A DNA stretch of 53,745 bases from a virus (Duplodnaviria; Caudoviricetes): IMG/VR virus record IMGVR_UViG_3300029258_002378, positions 1 to 53,745 of that record; one strand, written 5' to 3'. Positions 46,344 to 53,745 of this stretch are shown here, piece after piece. Below the pieces are notes generated by a model. That model did no database searches. It was not told the origin of the DNA and was given only the letters and a program-made list of their open reading frames with translations. Position numbers and translations under genes: made by a program. Within the stretch, counting starts at the first letter, position 1; each line of letters opens with the position of its first letter.

Positions 46344-46505
46344 CAACAGTTGCGAACAATGGTGGATTTGCGTTGACCACGTTGGTCATTGCGAAAAGAA
46401 GTCCATATCCTAACTGCCTTATTCGATTGCTCTACTTCATGTCACACCTCCTCTTGTTGGTTATGTCTCTATCACTCCCCTGGAAAAGAGAGCGTATTGT
46501 AACAA

Positions 46506-48617
46506 TTACGCTGCTCGCATGAAGCCATATTTTTTTGCTTTTTCCTTGTTCCCCCAGTGGGACCCATTAACCTCAACATCCGCAGTAATTGGGACAAAGA
46601 ATGAGTCGTAATCTTCCATAATATCAAGCACCAATTGTGGCACAATGTTTTCTTCATTGCGGGGAATCTCAAGAACAATCTCATCGTGGATGGTCTTGAT
46701 GATCTTTGATCGTAGTTTACGCTCTTTAAGCTCCTTCCAAATCGTGACCATTGCAACTTTGATCTGGTCGGCCGATGTCCCCTGACACATATAATTTAGA
46801 GCGGTGTATGCACGACTTAGACGGATATGATATCGACGTCCAAACGGATTGGTTACAAACCCCTTCTCTGCAAGGATTGCTTTGAGTTTATTCGTTGTTC
46901 GTCGTACTGATGGAAATGATCGATGATATGATGCAACTAGTTTGGATGCCTCTCGCTTTGTTGTTGGTAATCCCTTCCTTGTCAATGTTTCAGCTTGTGT
47001 GCCTGGACCTGACCCATAGATGATCCCAAAGTTTACCGCTTTTGCTCGTTTGCGTTGCTCTTTTGTAACCTCACGTTTTGGTTTGTTATATATTTCCGCA
47101 GCAACGGCGAGGTGGATATCATCTGCAATTGCTCGTGCCATTATCTCATCTTTAGCGAAGTGCACAAACATTTTCATTTCGACTTGCTCGTAATCGAAAT
47201 GCCAATTTCTACGTCCGTTGCGGGGGATGAAACATTCCCGAGGACCAAAGACACGTGGTACATTTTGCAAGTTGGGGCTTGAGGACGAGAATCGTCCTGT
47301 CATTGCTTCACTCTGATTGAATCGACAATGCAATATACCAATCTCTCTGCCGCTCGACGTAACATGCACATTTGTTGCTTCGTTAATAATGTGGTCGTAA
47401 TACGTAGAAACCATTTTCAACAATCGGCGACAATACAACACAAGTGGAGGTAATAATTCTCTCCGATTGAGTTTATGGTTTCGACGTACTGCATGTACGG
47501 CATTGTAGAATTTTCGACCACTCCATCCCTCCTCACTCGAATCACGAATAATCGATGCTAGCGGCTTACTAACATAGCGGATAATGGCGTACTCATCGAA
47601 ACTCCAATTGCCCCCTCCTGTCTTTGCACCACCCTTCTTTCCCTTCTTCGGTTTAGTCTTATATTTCAGAGGGATTCCAACTTTGTTGAACGCCGCTTCC
47701 ATTTGCAGTCGACTATTTGGATTGAATCGATCTGATATCTCAACTTCAATTTCCTCGCCCTTCCGCTTCTTTTTGACCTTGATGGGGAGAACGAGGCGAT
47801 CGAGTATTCTTTGCATGAGTTCAATATCGCGTTGTGCCTCCGTACGTAATTCCTTTGCTCGTGTTATGTCAACTTGCACACCATGATCTTCCATCTCGAT
47901 GCACACGTACATAAGCATAAGTTCGGTTTCAAGTAATTCCGGAGATGCTTTAACAACGCGCTGCCGTATCGCAAACCACAGTAGTAATGTCGTTTCAACA
48001 TCCCAGTAGACGCGCTTCTTTACTGATTCAATTGGTGCATCATCAAAGCCAAGTTTGAATCCCCGATTTTTCACTTTCGCTTTTGTGTTCTCTTTTCTCA
48101 ACCAATCGATAATCTCAAACTTATCAGCTGTCGATCGTCCTAGTAATCGATCACCAAGGAATGCTAGCTTGTGTGACGGCAACATGCCATTGTACAGCTT
48201 ACTAATGATGAGCGTACATTCGATCCTTGCTTTAGCGTTGTATATGTCAACGCCTTCTTGAGCAAACATTTTCAAATCAAACTTAGCATTGTGGAAGACA
48301 ATAGTAAGTGTGGAGTCATTGAACAACCGCTTTATCCATGTGATATTCGCCGATGTGTTCAGCATGAAACCCCGCTCACCCTTTTCCGTTATGTACGCCC
48401 AACAGAATATTCTATCGCCGTGATAAGGGTCGAGTCCTGTCGTTTCCGTATCAAGTGCAATGACTTTGCCTTTTAAGCAAGGTCCGCTTGACGCATCGCT
48501 ACAGTTTCGACTCCGCAATTTCTTAGCACGTCTCCCCCGTCGCCGTTCCTGTACTCCGAAAGGAAGATGACCTTGCATATCCCCGCTTGGACGATTCGTT
48601 GAGCACACATTTTGCAT
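46506..48617 (-). CDS. polA: Family A DNA polymerase with 3'-5' exonuclease (start uncertain)
   Basis: Exo I ALDTETTG, Exo II FHNAKFD, TGRFSSSSPNLQN, motif A DYEQVE, motif B RAKAVNFGIIYG, motif C IHDEI. Confidence 0.95.
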   Translation of the reverse strand: MQNVCSTNRPSGDMQGHLPFGVQERRRGRRAKKLRSRNCSDASSGPCLKGKVIALDTETTGLDPYHGDRIFCWAYITEKGERGFMLNTSANITWIKRLFNDSTLTIVFHNAKFDLKMFAQEGVDIYNAKARIECTLIISKLYNGMLPSHKLAFLGDRLLGRSTADKFEIIDWLRKENTKAKVKNRGFKLGFDDAPIESVKKRVYWDVETTLLLWFAIRQRVVKASPELLETELMLMYVCIEMEDHGVQVDITRAKELRTEAQRDIELMQRILDRLVLPIKVKKKRKGEEIEVEISDRFNPNSRLQMEAAFNKVGIPLKYKTKPKKGKKGGAKTGGGNWSFDEYAIIRYVSKPLASIIRDSSEEGWSGRKFYNAVHAVRRNHKLNRRELLPPLVLYCRRLLKMVSTYYDHIINEATNVHVTSSGREIGILHCRFNQSEAMTGRFSSSSPNLQNVPRVFGPRECFIPRNGRRNWHFDYEQVEMKMFVHFAKDEIMARAIADDIHLAVAAEIYNKPKREVTKEQRKRAKAVNFGIIYGSGPGTQAETLTRKGLPTTKREASKLVASYHRSFPSVRRTTNKLKAILAEKGFVTNPFGRRYHIRLSRAYTALNYMCQGTSADQIKVAMVTIWKELKERKLRSKIIKTIHDEIVLEIPRNEENIVPQLVLDIMEDYDSFFVPITADVEVNGSHWGNKEKAKKYGFMRAA

Positions 48618-48901
48618 GGGAACACCGTGGTGAACATTATCATTTCATTCTCGAATGAACGAAGGGCCAAGATTGCGTTTTCTTCGGCATGTAAACAACC
48701 ACAATTACCTTGTATGCCACTACAACTATCGTGACTGAGTCCCTTTGCTGGTCCATTGTATCCAATAGACAAGATTCGTTTCATGTCACCAGACGTAATG
48801 ACAGCTCCGACTCGGAGACGTTTACATAGTGAACGATTTGCCCACATGAGCGCTGTTTTCATGTGCAGCGATTCACGACTTGGTCTATGTGTACTTTGCA
48901 T
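48473..48901 (-). CDS. dCMP deaminase
   Basis: RSLCKRLRVGAVI, GYNG, HAEENA and PCKMC. Confidence 0.92.
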   Translation of the reverse strand: MQSTHRPSRESLHMKTALMWANRSLCKRLRVGAVITSGDMKRILSIGYNGPAKGLSHDSCSGIQGNCGCLHAEENAILALRSFENEMIMFTTVFPCKMCAQRIVQAGICKVIFLSEYRNGDGGDVLRNCGVETVAMRQADLA

Positions 48902-49701
48902 TAAAAAATACCTCTTGCTTTCATATCTTTACGATATGCGTGCAGTGAACCAGCAAAATAGGTAAATGTCCCCATAGGAATATCACATGATTGAGCGAAG
49001 TAGTGTTGCAATCGTAATGCAAGTGCAATGTCTACTGGAAAGTGCACGAGGTAGTCGCATGAGCGCATTACGTAAATTAGATCAAGTCTTTTGTTCCGTC
49101 GCATAATTTGATAGAACATGGAACATGGGACACGTCCCCCACCACCCATATTGCACAAATCTCGTCCTTGCTGCACAATGTTTGCCGGTCCGTCTGGGGG
49201 TGTTACATCGAGTGCACAAATGTTTGAGTGAATCGTGATAATTCCCTGCCGAGTGTCAGGCTTTGACTTGAGTTCGGCAATGATAGATGGAAGTTGAGGC
49301 GTAATTCGTTCGCTATACGTGTAAGCGAATTGCCCCCCATGCATGAACTCATTCCACAACTCAGCACGTGCTTCCCATGCATTACCGGGATTGAGTTGTT
49401 CACCCGATACTCGATCACTAAATTCTTGTTCAATGTAATCCATTACTTGCTTGTACGTTGTCGCTGGGGCTCCCTTCAATTTGCCAGTAAGCACGTAGTT
49501 AACCATGACAGCAATGCCCGGATTATTCCATTGCCAATTTACAATCTTAAATGCATACCCCTGCATTTCGATTGTTTCGTAGTTGGGATCATCGTGAATG
49601 TCTTTGTCTTGCATAGTCTGTGGATGGACCCGAACGCCCATTTCCCACAGGTCACGCTCGACTTCACGAACTGCTTCAAGTGGTGTACTGTAGATTCTCA
49701 T
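48901..49701 (-). CDS. Thymidylate-synthase-fold enzyme with dCMP-type Asp (candidate dCMP hydroxymethylase/modifier)
   Basis: YTYSERI, DTRQ, RVPC, MRSCDYLVHFPVD and GSLHAY; Asp at the position of E. coli ThyA Asn177. Confidence 0.85.
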   Translation of the reverse strand: MRIYSTPLEAVREVERDLWEMGVRVHPQTMQDKDIHDDPNYETIEMQGYAFKIVNWQWNNPGIAVMVNYVLTGKLKGAPATTYKQVMDYIEQEFSDRVSGEQLNPGNAWEARAELWNEFMHGGQFAYTYSERITPQLPSIIAELKSKPDTRQGIITIHSNICALDVTPPDGPANIVQQGRDLCNMGGGGRVPCSMFYQIMRRNKRLDLIYVMRSCDYLVHFPVDIALALRLQHYFAQSCDIPMGTFTYFAGSLHAYRKDMKARGIF

Positions 49702-50286
49702 TTATTGCCTATCCTTTGTCCAGTTTTTTACCCATTCAAGTTGACGACGTAACACACGCCGTCCATTATGGCCACAGCGCATACAATACGCTGGGTGATA
49801 TCCAAATCTCATGTTAGTGCCATGAGGAAAGAGTAATGATTGATGAAACCAGCATGATCCACGAGTATAATCTTTACGTGAAAATCCAAGCGCATTGAAC
49901 GCAACGTTGCCCATAATAAGGACAGCACGTGGTCGGATGATATCCATTTCAGCAATGATGTACCGCCCGCACTTTGCAATCTCATTATCTGTGGGGTTTC
50001 GATTGTGGGGTGGACGGCATTTAACGACGTTGGTAATCCATACTTTGTCGAGGATTTGCAATTCTCGTAGTACATCGTTAAGTAATCGCCCACATTGCCC
50101 CGAAAACACTTTGCCTGTCAATGCTTCGTTTGCACCCGGCGCTTCACCGAGTAATACGACGTTAGCAAGAGGATTTCCCCGACCAACAATGCATACATGA
50201 TCGGATGAACGATGGAGAGTGCAATGCCGGCAACGTGGATTATGTACGCCGCGTATTTTCGCGAGTTGTCCTCGACGTCCAATCAT
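49702..50286 (-). CDS. Family 4 uracil-DNA glycosylase (Fe-S type)
   Basis: CRHCTLH, GEAPG, TNVVKCRPP.NR.P and YHPAY. Confidence 0.9.
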   Translation of the reverse strand: MIGRRGQLAKIRGVHNPRCRHCTLHRSSDHVCIVGRGNPLANVVLLGEAPGANEALTGKVFSGQCGRLLNDVLRELQILDKVWITNVVKCRPPHNRNPTDNEIAKCGRYIIAEMDIIRPRAVLIMGNVAFNALGFSRKDYTRGSCWFHQSLLFPHGTNMRFGYHPAYCMRCGHNGRRVLRRQLEWVKNWTKDRQ

Positions 50287-51206
50287 GTTTCATCATCACT
50301 TTCGATGTCTTCATATTGGGCCCCATACGGAAGACATTTAGTGAAATCAAGTTTAGCTGGCATAAGGCTGGGCGGGATGTTCTTTGTCAAATGCCCCTGA
50401 TGCTCCAACCATCGTCGTTTAATACGTCGAAACGGACCGTACTTTTCATTGGCGAGCATCAATTCAGGATCTTGATATTGCGCCCACGCATCTTCAACTT
50501 TTTGGTGCCACCTAATTATGTGACGCCACGCTGGTGACTTATCTTTCTCTCTGGCCCATCTGCCTTTCAATTTTTTATGAAGGTCGAATTGCGAGTAGAT
50601 AAACGGTAACGATTTGAAGTGATGCAGTTGTGCAGATGTCAAATACCATCTAAACGCAATGTGACTAACATCCAGATCTTCAAATTGATCGGCAATTTCT
50701 CTTGCTATGACATAGGCGATTGCTGCGTCCATCATTCCCATATAACCAATATATGACGTGCGGGAATAAAACGTCAGCGTGGGATTATTTGACGCATCTC
50801 CACGGAACGTTGCCGATTGTAAACAACCTCCCCACCGATGCTTTTTTGCCATTCGTCGTGGATCGTTGAACAGCATACCTACGCAAGCACCGTCTCGTGC
50901 TTCGCCGGCGAGGATTGTGGCTGCTCCATTAATAAATGCCTCGAGTGAGTCACTTGCAATGTATTCACGAGTTAATCTCGTCCAACGTGATTGATTCAAC
51001 CACAATTCTTTGCCGATGTCCAATTCATATTCACAAGAGTGGGCAAGAATTATGACATTGAAGTGGTGAGTTTCAATATTAAGGATAGCATCGGGATGTT
51101 GCGAATCGAGCATATCCCGGACAGCTGTGTGCATAGCGTCAGTAAGGGTTGACTCTTCAATGAAACAACTGTTACCAGTGTAGGATGGTCCACGTACTAA
51201 TGACAT
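50283..51206 (-). CDS. Divergent thymidylate-synthase-fold protein
   Basis: GGCL...LTFYSRTSYIGYMGMMD...SAQLH aligns with PC...RSCD-x7-D...SLHAY of the neighbouring TS-like gene. Confidence 0.6.
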   Translation of the reverse strand: MSLVRGPSYTGNSCFIEESTLTDAMHTAVRDMLDSQHPDAILNIETHHFNVIILAHSCEYELDIGKELWLNQSRWTRLTREYIASDSLEAFINGAATILAGEARDGACVGMLFNDPRRMAKKHRWGGCLQSATFRGDASNNPTLTFYSRTSYIGYMGMMDAAIAYVIAREIADQFEDLDVSHIAFRWYLTSAQLHHFKSLPFIYSQFDLHKKLKGRWAREKDKSPAWRHIIRWHQKVEDAWAQYQDPELMLANEKYGPFRRIKRRWLEHQGHLTKNIPPSLMPAKLDFTKCLPYGAQYEDIESDDET

Positions 51207-51856
51207 CAGTAGTTCGTCCTTTGTCTGAATACGTTAACTGTTGCCTTCTTCATGTAGAGAATGTAGATGTCATTGAGTGTGAACTCATACGTAGCGAACA
51301 TTGCACCGAGTTGTCGCCATGCTCGATTTAAGTGTTTGGTGAAGTTCTCTTTGTCGGTCTCCATATGAGTGTTTTTCCACGGTTTGTTCTTTAGACAGTT
51401 CGCTGCGAGACCGAGCTCCATGATGATACGAAATGCGTACTGTTCAATGGGTCGTTGCCCCATTGTTTTCTGGAAACCGGGGAACGCCCAATCCTTCGGC
51501 TCAAAGTCAACGATGATAGATGCCTCGACAAGGAAGTGGAGAGCATCGGCGATCTCCTCCCATACATGCCGAATTTTTGACCTTTCATCCCATTTTTGCC
51601 GCCATTGCCACAAATCCTGGGGCACATCCTCAAGTGCTTCGGCGAGTTCTTCTGTGACACGCCAGAACATATCCTTGACCCGCATCTGGACACGGGGATC
51701 GTTAATCCCCCACGCTGGAGACGGGACAACTGCACCGTTTGCTCGTTCAATCTCTTCATATTTGTCCATGAGCGATGCTTGCTTCACATAGATATGTTTA
51801 AGCACGGGCCCTTCGGGGATCTCAATCTCGGTCGATTCTACGTCGTCAATGTTCAC
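51206..51856 (-). CDS. All-alpha dimeric dUTPase/dCTPase-like pyrophosphatase
   Basis: TEELAEA, EEIADALHFL, KNKPWK and Y.KK..VN.FRQ..NY; SD AAGGAG before GTG 51856. Confidence 0.85.
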   Translation of the reverse strand: MNIDDVESTEIEIPEGPVLKHIYVKQASLMDKYEEIERANGAVVPSPAWGINDPRVQMRVKDMFWRVTEELAEALEDVPQDLWQWRQKWDERSKIRHVWEEIADALHFLVEASIIVDFEPKDWAFPGFQKTMGQRPIEQYAFRIIMELGLAANCLKNKPWKNTHMETDKENFTKHLNRAWRQLGAMFATYEFTLNDIYILYMKKATVNVFRQRTNY

Positions 51857-51858
51857 TG

Positions 51859-52311
51859 CTATACTCCTTGTTTTGTGACGAGTTGGTAACCCAGCACACA
51901 GTATCCCAATAAGTCGAGCAATGTGTCGTGGATTGATTCGCCACATTCCTCATCTCGTAATTGCTGAGTCAAATTCGCAATGCGAACAACTTTTGAGTCA
52001 ATCCGAATAAACACTCCCAATACTCCCCATCGAAGAATTGGTGCACTCCCATATGCTGAGTGTTTTCGTAGTAAAAAATCAGCAAATGTGCCAATATCAA
52101 ACCCCTTTTTGTCCTTTAACATCGAAACTACGATTGCACCAAACGAAATGAAGAACTCTTGAGGATTATCGAACGTAACACCCTTATGGAATGTTCTGTT
52201 TATGCTATCTGTCATCTGGAATAGCACATAATTCCCCGTCACTGGGGGATTACGATCGAGCATTTGTTCAATGACCGGAATAATGTCATCCTTTGTTTCG
52301 ATTAGCAGCAT
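51859..52311 (-). CDS. Nucleotide-modification-associated domain 1 (DUF1599-like)
   Basis: RKHSAYG...RIDSK..RI.NL...ESIHDTLLDLLGY; SD AAGGAG. Confidence 0.8.
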   Translation of the reverse strand: MLLIETKDDIIPVIEQMLDRNPPVTGNYVLFQMTDSINRTFHKGVTFDNPQEFFISFGAIVVSMLKDKKGFDIGTFADFLLRKHSAYGSAPILRWGVLGVFIRIDSKVVRIANLTQQLRDEECGESIHDTLLDLLGYCVLGYQLVTKQGV

Positions 52312-53745
52312 TGTGTTTTCTCCTTGAGTAGTTACGTAACCACATGACGAAATCTGGGTTTTTCATGTATCCCCGTCCATCATCACGACGCGCTAAGCAT
52401 CTAATCTGAACTAGCCCGCCAATTAAGTCTTTTGCAGTAATAATGTCACCAATAAAATCGCCGAGTGATTCAGGTGTGACATAACGACAATTAAGCAGTG
52501 CTTGCATAACTTTTTCTTTGCCCGTTGGTACCCACTGGTCAATGACTTTTTCAATCTCATCTGTTGTTGCCATTGTCGTTGACTGCTTGATGATTCGACT
52601 ATACGTATCGTATGCTAGACTTTGTTTTGCATACGCTTCTCGTAAAAACGAACAAGCATATCGAACATGACTTGCTTGAACGATAAGTACCTCTCCCGTT
52701 TTGTCTGAACTAAATGTACGTGCAGCAACAGCTGCTGCGATCTTTGCAATCTTTACTCGGATATTCTCTCCTTGTACGAGAGGAATTGTAGCCGAGTATT
52801 TGCTTCCAAAGCGTATAGCCGAATCAATCACTGTTCGTGTTGCTTCATTTGTGAATTTGACTTGGTCGGGTTTTCGACTCCACGCCCATAGCACAAGAGC
52901 ACGACACAATGAAATAGGGTATTTTTCTCCATCAGTAAGATCATCAGTGCATAAAGCATTAATAATCTCACTTGGCACTTCATCAGTGGCAACGCTTAAT
53001 ACAAAGTCGAATCGACTGATATCTTCGTTATTTCCCACAAGTTCACGAACTGCTTCTATACCCGTATTGTATGATCGTAATGGGCGTCCGCTTCGAGGAT
53101 TTGACAACCATATCAATCGAGTGTTTGCTTGTGTTGCTTCTTTGACGATCTTTGTAATTTCGGCAACACCTTCTGATCGTACTCGTGACATTCGGCCAAA
53201 GTCATTTGGATCCAATGCAGATGCTTCATCTATAACTACAAGTCGGTTGTTATTTAATGGGATAACACCCCATGTTATAAACCACCGCTTTGATACTTGC
53301 TGTACACCCCCAACAAGCCCAGCGAACGAGCAATTTTCACCTGATGCAACTTCGCCTAGTTTATAGAATCGACATAGACGTTCAGTAACATATCCTTTCC
53401 CGCATCTTGTATCTCCAATGACCAGCACATCGAGCATTCCTCGGGAGATTTCCTCACCGTTGAACTCAAACGCTGCAACGCTATGAAACACAAGATCAAC
53501 AGCAATGTGTAGATCAGGACGATACCGAATTTTTGTTACATGGCGTGATTGCCAATCTGCTATGTCGTTAAGATGTACGTTGATCTTACGTCGACCGGGC
53601 GAAAAGACTTTCAATTGCTCTCGCAATTTTTTAGTCAGTTTGAATGATTCGATTTCTCCCTGAGTGGGCACTGCACTGTCAAATAAGTGGACGGCTGTTT
53701 GATCCTTTGGGTTGGGGACAGTAACTCCTCGAAATCTGTATGATG
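52286..53745 (-). CDS. C-terminal MCM-type AAA+ helicase half of the primase-helicase fusion
   Basis: RGMLDVLVIGDTRCGKG (Walker A region), SGENCSFAGL, W.ITWGVIPLNN...IDE (Walker B), SNP and ISRFD (Arg finger) match MCM box motifs. Confidence 0.9.
   Translation of the reverse strand, partial: SYRFRGVTVPNPKDQTAVHLFDSAVPTQGEIESFKLTKKLREQLKVFSPGRRKINVHLNDIADWQSRHVTKIRYRPDLHIAVDLVFHSVAAFEFNGEEISRGMLDVLVIGDTRCGKGYVTERLCRFYKLGEVASGENCSFAGLVGGVQQVSKRWFITWGVIPLNNNRLVVIDEASALDPNDFGRMSRVRSEGVAEITKIVKEATQANTRLIWLSNPRSGRPLRSYNTGIEAVRELVGNNEDISRFDFVLSVATDEVPSEIINALCTDDLTDGEKYPISLCRALVLWAWSRKPDQVKFTNEATRTVIDSAIRFGSKYSATIPLVQGENIRVKIAKIAAAVAARTFSSDKTGEVLIVQASHVRYACSFLREAYAKQSLAYDTYSRIIKQSTTMATTDEIEKVIDQWVPTGKEKVMQALLNCRYVTPESLGDFIGDIITAKDLIGGLVQIRCLARRDDGRGYMKNPDFVMWLRNYSRRKHNAANRNKG
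53602..53745. repeat. Terminal direct repeat, right copy
   Basis: Identical to 1-144. Confidence 0.95.

Noticed and set aside
46432-46440. Genome-wide TAG recoding suggested by the minigene
   Set aside because: TAG ends several clear genes (thyX, scaffold, gp10-like), long genes are not interrupted, and I saw no suppressor tRNA.
53602-53745. 144-bp terminal repeat as a biological direct terminal repeat
   Set aside because: It falls inside the primase-helicase gene and is best explained as circular assembly overlap.

Overview
The window is an apparently complete, circularly assembled genome (53,601 bp unique; bases 1-144 repeat at 53602-53745) of a tailed dsDNA siphovirus-type phage. I recognised no integrase, tRNA, CRISPR array or canonical endolysin. 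The + strand (12.7-40.8 kb) carries RuvC, terminase, portal, a MuF head protein with a C-terminal metallopeptidase, capsid and a GTA-like non-contractile tail module. The - strand (41.4-53.7 kb, continuing over the join through 1-12 kb) carries small early genes, family A DNA polymerase, a nucleotide-modification cluster, a DnaG-type primase fused to an MCM-type helicase that spans the join, SSB, Sak4-like ATPase, PD-(D/E)XK nuclease, SNF2 helicase, ThyX and MazG. The most unusual signals are five. (1) A chromatin-like protein toolkit: three Tudor-like domains, one basic helical module reused in four proteins (including the virion MuF protein), and histone-H1-like KKSTT tails. (2) A polypeptide-GalNAc-transferase-like enzyme fused to a methyltransferase, inserted in the tail module directly after a protein with a mucin-like Thr/Pro tail. 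(3) A ~345-nt structured RNA between a sigma70-type promoter plus boxA and a terminator. (4) Two thymidylate-synthase-fold genes with the dCMP-type Asp, alongside ThyX, suggesting cytosine modification. (5) The DnaG-MCM fusion. All calls come from motif recognition by eye; no database searches or folding programs were run.
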